Shown: one piece after another, positions 16,554 through 26,418 of the stretch
How the letters are laid out: the number at the start of each line of letters is the position of its first letter
Position numbering within the stretch: position 1 is the stretch's first letter
From: a virus
DNA length: 64,000 nt
IMG/VR virus record: IMGVR_UViG_3300009093_000003
Location: 10,714-74,713 of that record
Direction: 5' to 3' (one strand)
The notes under the pieces: generated by a model
What the model saw: the letters and a program-made list of their open reading frames with translations, nothing else
Databases searched by the model: none
Told to the model about the DNA's origin: nothing
Position numbers and translations under genes: made by a program

Positions 16554-19500
16554 TTATTTATTTATCTGCATTGCGGGATCGACCACAACTGACCTCCCTT
16601 TTTCATCAACATTCTTACTTGCAAAGGGCACCCCGCTTTCAAGTTTTTGAATTACATATCTCATCTTCCCTTTTTTAATATTAGGCTCCCTTTGTTTAGG
16701 ATCAATAAGTTTAGCAAGTTGCTGCATTGCTGCAGGTTCAACTTCTCCTTTTAATGTTTCTGCACCAAATTTAGTTAAAGCATTTAAATTTGTAATGTGC
16801 TGTGTCAAGCTAACCAGCCGCTTTATTTCCTCTGCCTGTGGCACACGGTATGCAAGTCCGCTAATCGTTGCCAACCCGGCAGCGCCTATAGCATCATCGT
16901 GTTTGCCAAACTTAGTTAATAATTGCCTAAAACTTGCGCCAACCTGCGCCGCAAGAAATACCGGGTGCTCGGTTAAAAATTCAGGCATCTCTACGCCAAA
17001 TACCTTTACCTTATTAAAACCAGTCTCTCCAGGTTTTTTTTTATGGCCTGGTTGATAAAACCCGCCAAATGCCTGCGGGTTAAAAAAGCCAAGCAATAAT
17101 GCGGCTCCGCCGACGCTGCCTTTTTTTAGATGTTCAAGTATTATATCCGCTTCTTCGGGCTCCAAGTTATCAAATCCCTTTAACATAGCCCTGCTAAGCC
17201 GTGCGATCCCTGATACCGACCCGAATGAGTATTTAGCGCCTTCAAGCACAATATTGGTAGGCACCTTTACAAAAGGTAGTAAAATACGAAAGGCGGCTGC
17301 TGCTGTTCTTGCTGTAGATGATTTGCTCTTTTCAAGTTTACCAACTGCATTTTCATAAATAGATGATAGTTCGTTGTCGCCCATAAAAATAGCCCTATCG
17401 CCGTCTTTATAAGCACCTAACCTGTTTTGAGCATCAATAACCGGGTCAAGCGGGTCGAGGCCAGCGCGTATCGCCTTTGCCGCACGTTTGGCATACGACA
17501 ACTCAAATGCAAAGCGTTTTATCGGAGCTTTTATAGCGCTGTGCAGGTGCCCGAAAAATTCTTTGGCCTCTGACGGCAGGTTAGCGCCGCGCTCTTTGTA
17601 TAATGCCGTAAGGTTGCTGCCCCCTTGCGATAGTTCCTGCCACGCATCTTTCATACCTATGGTTGCTGCCCTGGCATACGCCTGCGATATGGAACCTACG
17701 CTTCCGGTTAAATCCGCGGCTTGTTTCAATTCAGAACGGGATACACTCCCTTCAATTTTTGATAGCTTTGATATTTTTGGCAAAATAGCCGACCATCCCT
17801 TACCAATTGCTTCTGTAAACGGTTTTATACCGGCTGTTACAATACCCGTGGCCGCCAATTTGCCTAATACGGTAACGGAAGCAAGTTTTGCCTGCCTGCC
17901 GTAACGTACGGCTATATCAACCGCTTTCCTGTTCCATGATTTTTTGCTGTTTTCAATATCGTTGATTTTTTTGTTTATCCGTTGCTGCTCCCGGTTAATT
18001 TCAGCCCGGATATTCAAATAATCAACGTCAACTAATATTTTCTTAAAAACTTTTTTCTCATAGTTTTCATCTTTAAGGTTAGCAAGTTTGGTCTTTTGTA
18101 ATTTCTTTGCACGGCTAAGCCTTAACTCGTTTTGTTCCCGCAGATAATCATTGAAGCCATCTGCAACCACTGGGATAATATCGTCTTTAGTTATTCCATC
18201 AAGATGATCTTTAAGGTCATTGTAAATTTTATCGGCAACCTGTGCGATAGATATAGCACCATCCAAAACATAGTTTCGCGCCAGCTTAGTTAACGGCACA
18301 ATCATTTCAACTGGGATTTTATTAGCCCCGGCAGATGAACGTGCTTTTTTGGCGATTAAATGAAGATCAGCCAATATCCCTTCCCGTTCTTTGCGCAATG
18401 ATGCTTTGGTTATCTCCCGTTTTGCATTACGTTCCTCGCTTTCTGCAACCAGCTTAACTTTTGATACGGTTGTTTTATCCTGTAGTTTACGTATTTCTTC
18501 TTCCCGGTCAGCAAGTTTATTTTCCAGCTCCTCAATACGTTTTGTTCGTTTAATCAATTCAGCCTCATCCCTTGCGTCCAATGGCTCCATATTATTTGCC
18601 ATCTTTGCCCGCCGCAAGATATTAACCCGCGTATAATCTTCGTCAAGCGCCCCCTGGCGGTCGCCCAACGCCCGGCCTGTTTCGTTACCGGCTATTTCGG
18701 TTGCCTGCCTGTTTAGTTCAATTAAATCCTCATTACGGGCATACTCAATTTGATTATTGGCAATATTATCAGGATTACTCTCACTATCTTTAAATAAAGC
18801 CCGTTGTTTAGCGTTTAACTTTGCTTTATGATAACGTAACGCAGATTGCTCCTCGGCGGTTATGGGACGTGGATTATCAATCAAATCTTTCGCAAATTTA
18901 TCGGGGTTCATATCGCCGCTATCCACAAGGCGCTTGCCTTCCGCTTCTATTTCCTCACGGGTTTTATGTGTCCTGTCAATGCTTTTACCGCGCTCCGCCT
19001 CAACATCAGCATTCCTCACCCCGGTTGGCTCACTCGTTTCTATTTTTGAAATATCTTCGGGCTTACCACCTGATTTTTCCCATAGGTGCTGTAAATGTTC
19101 GCGTATCTTTTCGCCAACCTCATCGATAAGCGTTTTGGCAAATTGTTTAAACTCACCTTTGGCCTCTTTAAAAATAAGTCCGGCATACTCATAAAATTCT
19201 TTATCAAACAATTCCTTTCCGGGAACGCCGGTACGAAAAGTGCCGCTAAACTTTTTACGCAGTTCTACGCGCCGTGCTTCTTCGTCGGCTGTAAGGATTG
19301 GCTTATCCGGTTTCTTAAAAGTTGCTTTGCTCTTTGGGCTTTTGCCTCTTTCAGCGCTTTCGCCTGGTGGATCTTTTCCAGCATTTCCAACGCCGTCATT
19401 TTCGGGTTGTTGAATAGCTTTCTCATCAGTTGAAGCTTTCGCAGGTTTTTGGCTGCCGCTGTTTCGTTCTTCGTGTTCATCTTTCAGGTCTTGAATAGAT

Positions 19501-21977
19501 ATTCCATGTTCATTTTTTAAAATAGTGTTCAGTTCTGAATGTTCGGCAAGTGGTAGTTTAGAAAGTTTGCCGGTTTCTTCCGCGGTTAAACCAGCATCAC
19601 GGGGAAAAAGGTCTGTCCCGGACTTAATCGCTTTTCGTGTTTCTAAACGGGCTTTAACTGCGTCGATATATTTTTTACCGTCTTCGCTTAAATAATTGTT
19701 CCCGTCATATTCGTGTAAATAACCTTTTTTAACTAAGTTTTTGTACGCACCCTTTAGCATGGGTGGTACATCCTCTATGTTTATAGAGTTAACTGTTCGC
19801 CCATCCAATCCAACTTCTTTTTCATCATCTTTCTCAAACGGATCAAAAGCAGGCTTGTCTTTAAATTGCGAAAATAAAATTTCGCCATCACTATCTTTCA
19901 ACCCGTATTTAGCTGAAAGCTCGTTTGATGCTATTTTTTGATTTGCCTTGATTTGTTTGTTTGGCGTAATACCCGGTTCAGTTTTGGCCTCCCCGGATTT
20001 TACTTTCAGTACCCCTTTTTCATCTTTTTGATCTTCTTCATTTCCTTTTTGGGCATCTTGGCCGCTTTGGGCTTCTTCTCCTTTTTTGGAGCCATCATTT
20101 TTGCTTTCATCGCTTTTTGGATTAGTTATTTGATTATTCGTAGTTTCTTCATCAGGCTTGTTACCAGCCACCGCCGCGCCTCCGGGTGCATTCTCCTGTG
20201 GTTGGTCAGGTAATGGTTTCGCATCAGGTGCACTATTTTGGGTTGCCGCAGCATCACGCTCGGTTTTTTCAAGGTCATATCTGCTTTGTGTAATTTCTTC
20301 GCTTTTGCCATTTACTGTTTTAAAAAATAGACCTTCATCATCTCCCGTTCCTTTGCTATAGGTCATTTTGCTGCCCGTAGCCAAGTCTTTCAACTTGTCG
20401 TTAGCTTGTTCTATCTTATCGGTTAATAGTTGCTCCTGTGGTGTTATTTGCTCCTGGAAAGCCGGGTCAAGCGCCTGGCGTTGCTTTTGTACCTCATTCA
20501 ACTGCTTTTGCAAGTCATTACGCCCTATAACAAGTTCAACCGCTTTATTAGCTTTTTCAGGCGGTAATCCCTTTGGTAACACTTTGGTCACTTTAGCCAG
20601 TTCATCAACATGGGCATTCGTAGCCTGTATTTCTTCCGGCGACCAGCCTTGTTGCTGCCCCTGTTGCGCAATAAATTCTTTGGTTTTAGCCACGTTCTCA
20701 TCACTGCTGTCATGCAGTAAATTATCAACCACCGCATTTTTATACTGGCTAAACGGCGTTAACTTGGTTATGTCGCCTATCGAGCCTGCCGCGCCGAACA
20801 TCGCACCCGTCTTTATTACATTGCCCAACCCCTCAACCAAATTACCAGGCGTCTCATTAAACACCGGCTGATCGGTAGTAGCGTCAACGCCTTTTTTAAG
20901 GGCGAAGTCTGCAACATTCAAAGCACCCAAGTTAACTATGGCATGTTGTGTGTTTTTAAGATAATTTGTACCCGCTTGCAATGCTTTATCCTGCCAATCT
21001 TTTGCGCCTTTTTTTAACAGGTCGGTAAATCCCTGTGCCGTTATTTCTTTGCCAGCCGCCTCTTTTATGGCATTGGCTGTTATTTCTGAAACCACATCGT
21101 TTTTTAAGCCGGTACCCAATGATTTGAAAATACTACTACCAGCTTCGCCCATTAAAAAACCGTTCACCGCCCCCGTGCCTAAGATAAAAGCGTTTTTAAC
21201 AACGGGGTTGATTTTTGCTCCATTCGCTTCGGCTTTGTCCATTGTCTCTTTGCCCTGTCCCATCCCCTGCAAATATAGCGTTGCTCCGCCTGTACCCTCT
21301 GCCGCGGCCATGGCTGGGATATATTCGGCAAGTCCCCCTAAGTTCGACATCACCTTACTATCCTCAACCCGTGCTTGGTCACCTTTCGACAAAAAATCAG
21401 TTGCTGTATCGGCTTTTTTAAAGGCATTATCAAAATCGTGCGTATCCGTAAAGCCTAATCCTGCCTGTGCGTTTTTACCCAACTGTGCAAGATAGGCCGC
21501 GCCCTTAACAACCTGTAACGCACCTTTGGTGGCTTTTTGGGCAATATACTTTGTGGTGTTTACAACTTTGCCAATCGGGGTTTGAGAATAGGCGTATGCC
21601 TCTTGTTCTGCTTTTGGCGTAGCAACAATACTTTCGGCATCGTGCGCTTGCTGCACCTGCTGATTATGGCTGTTTAACGCTGTTTGTTCTTGTGGCGACA
21701 AACTTTTCCAATAAGCCTGTAAAGATGGGTCAACCGGGATATTTTGGGAATGATTTGAGCCACTGGCAGATTGCTCGGCACCACGCTGCACATCTTCTAA
21801 GGCTTTCTTTTGCTGAATATCCTGTGCAGTAGGTTGATAGCCATGCGTAAAATCGACCGATTGTTGTTTTTTTTTTGGCGATAACAATCCTAATGGGTCG
21901 GATTGCTTCGCCGGTGGTTTTAGTATCCCTAACGGGTCTTTAACTGGTGGGTCTTGTGTAGTTACGCCGCCGTCCAT
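16554..21977 (-). CDS. large internal virion/ejection protein
   Basis: 1807 aa, Ala/Gly/Lys-rich helical with LPFVKVPTN C-terminal motif typical of large ejection proteins; third of three internal proteins. Confidence 0.75.
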   Translation of the reverse strand: MDGGVTTQDPPVKDPLGILKPPAKQSDPLGLLSPKKKQQSVDFTHGYQPTAQDIQQKKALEDVQRGAEQSASGSNHSQNIPVDPSLQAYWKSLSPQEQTALNSHNQQVQQAHDAESIVATPKAEQEAYAYSQTPIGKVVNTTKYIAQKATKGALQVVKGAAYLAQLGKNAQAGLGFTDTHDFDNAFKKADTATDFLSKGDQARVEDSKVMSNLGGLAEYIPAMAAAEGTGGATLYLQGMGQGKETMDKAEANGAKINPVVKNAFILGTGAVNGFLMGEAGSSIFKSLGTGLKNDVVSEITANAIKEAAGKEITAQGFTDLLKKGAKDWQDKALQAGTNYLKNTQHAIVNLGALNVADFALKKGVDATTDQPVFNETPGNLVEGLGNVIKTGAMFGAAGSIGDITKLTPFSQYKNAVVDNLLHDSSDENVAKTKEFIAQQGQQQGWSPEEIQATNAHVDELAKVTKVLPKGLPPEKANKAVELVIGRNDLQKQLNEVQKQRQALDPAFQEQITPQEQLLTDKIEQANDKLKDLATGSKMTYSKGTGDDEGLFFKTVNGKSEEITQSRYDLEKTERDAAATQNSAPDAKPLPDQPQENAPGGAAVAGNKPDEETTNNQITNPKSDESKNDGSKKGEEAQSGQDAQKGNEEDQKDEKGVLKVKSGEAKTEPGITPNKQIKANQKIASNELSAKYGLKDSDGEILFSQFKDKPAFDPFEKDDEKEVGLDGRTVNSINIEDVPPMLKGAYKNLVKKGYLHEYDGNNYLSEDGKKYIDAVKARLETRKAIKSGTDLFPRDAGLTAEETGKLSKLPLAEHSELNTILKNEHGISIQDLKDEHEERNSGSQKPAKASTDEKAIQQPENDGVGNAGKDPPGESAERGKSPKSKATFKKPDKPILTADEEARRVELRKKFSGTFRTGVPGKELFDKEFYEYAGLIFKEAKGEFKQFAKTLIDEVGEKIREHLQHLWEKSGGKPEDISKIETSEPTGVRNADVEAERGKSIDRTHKTREEIEAEGKRLVDSGDMNPDKFAKDLIDNPRPITAEEQSALRYHKAKLNAKQRALFKDSESNPDNIANNQIEYARNEDLIELNRQATEIAGNETGRALGDRQGALDEDYTRVNILRRAKMANNMEPLDARDEAELIKRTKRIEELENKLADREEEIRKLQDKTTVSKVKLVAESEERNAKREITKASLRKEREGILADLHLIAKKARSSAGANKIPVEMIVPLTKLARNYVLDGAISIAQVADKIYNDLKDHLDGITKDDIIPVVADGFNDYLREQNELRLSRAKKLQKTKLANLKDENYEKKVFKKILVDVDYLNIRAEINREQQRINKKINDIENSKKSWNRKAVDIAVRYGRQAKLASVTVLGKLAATGIVTAGIKPFTEAIGKGWSAILPKISKLSKIEGSVSRSELKQAADLTGSVGSISQAYARAATIGMKDAWQELSQGGSNLTALYKERGANLPSEAKEFFGHLHSAIKAPIKRFAFELSYAKRAAKAIRAGLDPLDPVIDAQNRLGAYKDGDRAIFMGDNELSSIYENAVGKLEKSKSSTARTAAAAFRILLPFVKVPTNIVLEGAKYSFGSVSGIARLSRAMLKGFDNLEPEEADIILEHLKKGSVGGAALLLGFFNPQAFGGFYQPGHKKKPGETGFNKVKVFGVEMPEFLTEHPVFLAAQVGASFRQLLTKFGKHDDAIGAAGLATISGLAYRVPQAEEIKRLVSLTQHITNLNALTKFGAETLKGEVEPAAMQQLAKLIDPKQREPNIKKGKMRYVIQKLESGVPFASKNVDEKGRSVVVDPAMQINK

Positions 21978-21978
21978 G

Positions 21979-23397
21979 TTATTTTAAAGTGCCTAATTTT
22001 TTTGCTTCTTCAATTTGTTGTTCCGTATAGCCCATTTTTAATAAGTCTTTATGGGAATATGATTTGCCGTCAGTCGCTTTATAAGTTTGATTTACCGGCA
22101 CTCCAACATGCTTTTTCCCGCCAGGTGTTTCCAATGCTGAAATATCCACCTTTTCGCCGGTCACCTCATTTATCATTTCATTCAGTTTGATTTTGGCGTT
22201 TTTGTCTTTAGGGTCAATCCAAACAGTTCTTGCCGGAGCTGTTTCTACCCACGCGCTGTTAGCGTTATCCCACTTTCTTTTAGGCGGGATAGTAAAGGCT
22301 ATTTGACCTGCTACATTTCTGCCTGTCCCCTTTTCGATCTTTAAATTTCCTGCATACGATGGATCTGCCGCTATTTTAGCCTGCAATTGCTCACCGCTTT
22401 CAAGAACGCCGTCTAAAATGTCGCCTACAAGTTTTTGCCTGTAGGTCGGCGTGTTAGATTGCCCGGCAACATCGTTTTTAACCGGCCACGTTCCGTACTT
22501 ATTGTAATACTGTATATCGTCGAACGACGGCCTTACCGGGTCCTGCGGTTTGTACCCCTCAACCTCCCTCGTCTTTGGCTTGTCGTAAAAGCCTTTGTCA
22601 TCCCCCCTTGCAATCATATCCTGCCTCACGCGCAATGCCAATGTCGTTTTTGGGTCATCTGTAACGATCTGCGGGTATTTGTCATGTAAATACTTTTGAT
22701 AGTTAGCATCGGCTGTGGCATAGTTCAATGTATGCTCATAAGCGTCCTGAAACGGCACAATTCTATTTTGAGTAAGCGTGGCCATCTTCTTGCCCAAAAT
22801 GTTCTGTACGGGGCTTAAAACACCGTTATCGTAGGTAACGCTTGATCCCTTTAATATCATATCCTTGTGTTTCTGATATTCAGCATCTATTTTAGCGGGA
22901 TCAACGCCTCTTTCAAAACCGGTCACATCTTTAATAGTTCCCGGATCATCCCACGGTTTTTGCATTTGCGACTTTAACTGCTGCGCCGAATTGTCGTCAA
23001 GCATATACGGGTTTTTGAAATGCTCCATAGCTACCTGTCGTTCAAAAACGCCTTGTTTCTTACTCCCCTCTGCCCATGCGCCCAAATCAGTTAACTGTTG
23101 CCTTACCTGCGCCAGCGCCAATGCTTTTTTAGTCGGGTCTTTTTCGTTTTCAGCCTGGATAGCTGAAGTTTTTATATCACCATATTTTTTGAGGTATTGT
23201 TGCCGGTCGGCATCATTACGCAATACAGTAGGGTCATAGCCTTTGGCAAGTTCATCCCCCAACATCTTTACTTCCTGGTCATGCTTTGCCTGACGTTGCG
23301 CCAGTATTTGCCCGTACTGCTGAATAGCAGGATGTGGGTCGAACACCTGGGCTGCCCCCTCACCAATGCCGATATCAAGTCTTCCTACGCCCGGCAT
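21979..23397 (-). CDS. internal virion/ejection protein
   Basis: Probable start MPGVG at 23397 (TAATG overlap); Gln/Ala helical composition and position. Confidence 0.7.
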   Translation of the reverse strand: MPGVGRLDIGIGEGAAQVFDPHPAIQQYGQILAQRQAKHDQEVKMLGDELAKGYDPTVLRNDADRQQYLKKYGDIKTSAIQAENEKDPTKKALALAQVRQQLTDLGAWAEGSKKQGVFERQVAMEHFKNPYMLDDNSAQQLKSQMQKPWDDPGTIKDVTGFERGVDPAKIDAEYQKHKDMILKGSSVTYDNGVLSPVQNILGKKMATLTQNRIVPFQDAYEHTLNYATADANYQKYLHDKYPQIVTDDPKTTLALRVRQDMIARGDDKGFYDKPKTREVEGYKPQDPVRPSFDDIQYYNKYGTWPVKNDVAGQSNTPTYRQKLVGDILDGVLESGEQLQAKIAADPSYAGNLKIEKGTGRNVAGQIAFTIPPKRKWDNANSAWVETAPARTVWIDPKDKNAKIKLNEMINEVTGEKVDISALETPGGKKHVGVPVNQTYKATDGKSYSHKDLLKMGYTEQQIEEAKKLGTLK

Positions 23398-24122
23398 TAT
23401 ATTAATGGTTGATAAAGTGACTGATCTACGCCGTTCCATTGCTTAAACATCCCCGGATAGGGAACAGGCGAAGCGCCACCGAACGGATTAGGCGGGGTTG
23501 CATTTATATTAGGTGAGCTTGGGTTTGTCGCTGCAATAGGGTCAAGATTATACCGCTGCCCCATTGTTTGAGACGGGTTATTGGCTTTATAGTTAAGAAC
23601 CGTTTCACCCAATTGCTGCGCACCGCCTGCTAAATTATTGAAGTTTTGCATCGAAGCGCCACGGTATGCCTGCATTTGATTAAAATCGCGCGTAAACTTG
23701 TCAAAAACATCACTTTGTTGTTTTTGTAGTTCCTGCCCGGCCAACTTCTCATTTTCATTGATAAAGTAACGCTGGTTGGTTTGTCGCGCCTGTGCGTCCT
23801 CTGCGTCCAGCTTGGCTTTCGCTTGGTTACCCTGCCTGTTGATAGCAGCAATAGCGCCACCCGGATTATTGCTGTTTTGCGCCGCTGCTATGGCTGCAGC
23901 CTCGCTTTGATTGATATTACCAACCGCGTTATTATACTGCTGCTGTGGTATCCCTAATTGCGCCATTTGCCTCGCTATCTCACGATTTTCAAAAAACTCA
24001 CGGGGTATATTATAAACAGGGTCTTTAGGTTTAATAGCGTTTGCCTTCGCATTTTGCGCAATTCCTTCTCCCGCATTTAGCAGGAGTCCGGCACCGCCTA
24101 TTATCAAGCCACCGAGGGGCAT
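23397..24122 (-). CDS. small ejection/pilot protein
   Basis: Gly-rich hydrophobic N-terminus (MPLGGLIIGGAGLLL) then Ala/Gln coiled coil. Confidence 0.7.
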   Translation of the reverse strand: MPLGGLIIGGAGLLLNAGEGIAQNAKANAIKPKDPVYNIPREFFENREIARQMAQLGIPQQQYNNAVGNINQSEAAAIAAAQNSNNPGGAIAAINRQGNQAKAKLDAEDAQARQTNQRYFINENEKLAGQELQKQQSDVFDKFTRDFNQMQAYRGASMQNFNNLAGGAQQLGETVLNYKANNPSQTMGQRYNLDPIAATNPSSPNINATPPNPFGGASPVPYPGMFKQWNGVDQSLYQPLI

Positions 24123-24134
24123 CGTAATAATTGT

Positions 24135-24524
24135 TTAAATGGTTAATAGTGTTAAATTTTCCTTAACTGTCATTCCCTGTTTTATCAGGTGATCTATTGC
24201 CCGGTTATTTTTGCCATGCAATATGCACTCAAACTTAGGCATAATTTTTAATATTTCAGAAAACCATAATTTTAGTATCTCCGGCGTACGGTATTCAACG
24301 TTTATCCCGAAGCTGTAAAGCAACCCGGTCGATAGTACGGTAAACCCAAAATCACCTACTTTATAACATACCAATGGCATCATTTCGCTTGTCTTGCAAA
24401 TCTCATCAAACGTATGCCAGGCAAAATCTTTATCCGAAATATGGTACTTTGGCAACTCAACATCACCGTCAAAGGCTTTTAAAATAAAAGGCAACAATTC
24501 TTCAACGGGGATTTGGGTCAGCAT
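24135..24524 (-). CDS. GNAT-fold acetyltransferase-like virion morphogenesis protein
   Basis: LYSFGINVEYR and KNNRAIDHLIKQG GNAT motifs; typical position before ejection proteins. Confidence 0.6.
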   Translation of the reverse strand: MLTQIPVEELLPFILKAFDGDVELPKYHISDKDFAWHTFDEICKTSEMMPLVCYKVGDFGFTVLSTGLLYSFGINVEYRTPEILKLWFSEILKIMPKFECILHGKNNRAIDHLIKQGMTVKENLTLLTI

Positions 24525-25018
24525 TATTGTTTTTGTTTAATCGCGGATACCGCTTGTGATAATCTGAAATTAGGGTCATTAGATGCTTGTGACATTACCT
24601 TTTCCCTTGCTATAAGTGCTTTTACATAATCCCCATCATCGGGGCCGAATACAGGAACCTCTCCGGGCCTGCTAACCGCTCTCTTTAAAATGTCCTGTAC
24701 CCGTGGGTCGTTCTGGTACTTAGCCTGTATAATAGCTACGTCCAATCCCGGTATGTTTTGCCCATTCCCATAATGCCCATAATATTGATGAAAAACAATT
24801 GGATTGGTTAGCGGGTGCGCCCAGCCACCAACATAATCAGCATAGGCATCAAAGTCTTTCCATGCGTACCCGTTTTTATTGGCTTGCTCAAATTCCTGCC
24901 GGGTTATTCGTGCGCCGTGTTTCCCAATCACCACATCAGGGTCATTGGTTTTAGTGTAGTTTGGCGATATGGGGTCTCCCGTTACTGGCATAATTATCCT
25001 TCTACTTTTTTGAACCAA
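24524..25018 (-). CDS. hypothetical protein
   Basis: 164-aa ORF in operon. Confidence 0.55.
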   Translation of the reverse strand: MVQKSRRIIMPVTGDPISPNYTKTNDPDVVIGKHGARITRQEFEQANKNGYAWKDFDAYADYVGGWAHPLTNPIVFHQYYGHYGNGQNIPGLDVAIIQAKYQNDPRVQDILKRAVSRPGEVPVFGPDDGDYVKALIAREKVMSQASNDPNFRLSQAVSAIKQKQ

Positions 25019-25451
25019 AGGTCACTACTTTGGATATATCGACACCCATATCAATAGCAATACAAAATTTTATTTCATCAATAATTTGCTTGCGAATTTT
25101 ATCATCAAGTTCTTTTTTGTTAGATTGGATGGTACTGCGATATTCACGGAAAGCTGTATTTTGGTTTATATCCGGGTTACACATATTTAATACGCCAATA
25201 TGACGATAAACAGGGTTTTTTATTGTTTTAACCGTCATAAGAGAAGTGCCGTCATTATTTAGTTTTAAAAAACCAATTCTAACGCAATCATTAGGTAGTT
25301 CATTATCGCTTGATAAATCTTCTGTCTCTGATATAATTTCACTGCCCTCTCCTTCGTGTGGAGTTGAAAAAAAGTAAATACATTCCTCAAAGCTTAACGC
25401 TTTCAGGTCTGTGTACCCAACGGATTTTGTGCAATTTTCTGTGTATGGCAT
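25002..25451 (-). CDS. hypothetical protein (AT-rich insert)
   Basis: 149-aa ORF, more AT-rich than flanks. Confidence 0.55.
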   Translation of the reverse strand: MPYTENCTKSVGYTDLKALSFEECIYFFSTPHEGEGSEIISETEDLSSDNELPNDCVRIGFLKLNNDGTSLMTVKTIKNPVYRHIGVLNMCNPDINQNTAFREYRSTIQSNKKELDDKIRKQIIDEIKFCIAIDMGVDISKVVTFGSKK

Positions 25452-25466
25452 GATTTTTAAATTAGT

Positions 25467-26417
25467 TTATAAAGGCCTCGAACCCAAAAATACTGGTTTG
25501 CTGCGCACCGATATTGAAAACAAAGTTAATGGAGTTGAGCCATTAAAAGTAATTAATTCAATTATAATGAAAGAACCCCTAAGTCCGACGCCATTTGTAA
25601 TTCCACCATTATCATTTTCATCTCCTAAAAACGAAGCGGAATAAACCCCATCATTTTGGTAGGATATAACTTCTAAACCGCCGTCCTGTAGTTTTTGCTT
25701 TATAAAGTCTGTATCAATCAATGTGCTTATTTGGCCTAAACTTGTCTGCACACCGTCTTCGGTGGTAATCAACAATTGATTTGCCTGGTAGGTCAATGCC
25801 TCAAAATCTTTTACGATCTGCGGGTCTTTGGCCTCGACAAATTTTATTGAGCTCTGAAATTGTGTGCCAAAAAAGTTATTGGTACTGCCCGATTGGTCGC
25901 CGTTGTCAAATGCCCATAAAGCGCCGTTGTTAGCAACTATCGTTCTTGTGTACAATGACCATCCGAAATCAGGATAAAACGTGCGCGTATCGCTCCATAT
26001 AGCCATACCGCGCTTTGCTGAATTGGTTGCTGAATAAACAATGGTAGTGCCGGGATTGCTTGAAACTGGTTTTACGTTGAAAAAAGCGATCACACAATTG
26101 GCATCCGAATAAAACTGTAAATTTCCGTCTGATAACGGTGTAATATTTTCTACGTACAACCCTGCTGTTGTCCTGGGAACTATTGTAGCGCCCGGCGCCA
26201 CCAACTCTACTTCACCACCACCCGATATGGATTGAACAATAAAACTTACCTGGTATTCCTGACCAGTTTTTACAGGATAGCTTTCAAGTGTAATATAACC
26301 CCCGTTGCACGATGAATGTACCGCTGTTCCATCGCCAGGAACAGACCAACCTGTATCATTGGCTGCAACCAGCAAATTAACTTGTATCGGAGTATTTTCT
26401 AACGCGCTGTATGACAT
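25467..26417 (-). CDS. tail nozzle/stabilization protein, C-terminal part
   Basis: Probable start MSYSAL at 26417; NNFFGTQFQSSIKFV...KDFEAL and GVGLRG motifs typical of the C-terminus of crAss-like stabilization proteins. Confidence 0.65.
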   Translation of the reverse strand: MSYSALENTPIQVNLLVAANDTGWSVPGDGTAVHSSCNGGYITLESYPVKTGQEYQVSFIVQSISGGGEVELVAPGATIVPRTTAGLYVENITPLSDGNLQFYSDANCVIAFFNVKPVSSNPGTTIVYSATNSAKRGMAIWSDTRTFYPDFGWSLYTRTIVANNGALWAFDNGDQSGSTNNFFGTQFQSSIKFVEAKDPQIVKDFEALTYQANQLLITTEDGVQTSLGQISTLIDTDFIKQKLQDGGLEVISYQNDGVYSASFLGDENDNGGITNGVGLRGSFIIIELITFNGSTPLTLFSISVRSKPVFLGSRPL

Positions 26418-26418
26418 A

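Noticed and set aside
16554-23397. crAss-type virion RNA polymerase
   Set aside because: Proteins are much smaller and I found no DxDxD catalytic motif
24135-24524. GNAT toxin cognate to the antitoxin-like ORF at 6313-6471
   Set aside because: 18 kb away, short, and in the usual position of virion-morphogenesis GNAT-like proteins before ejection genes
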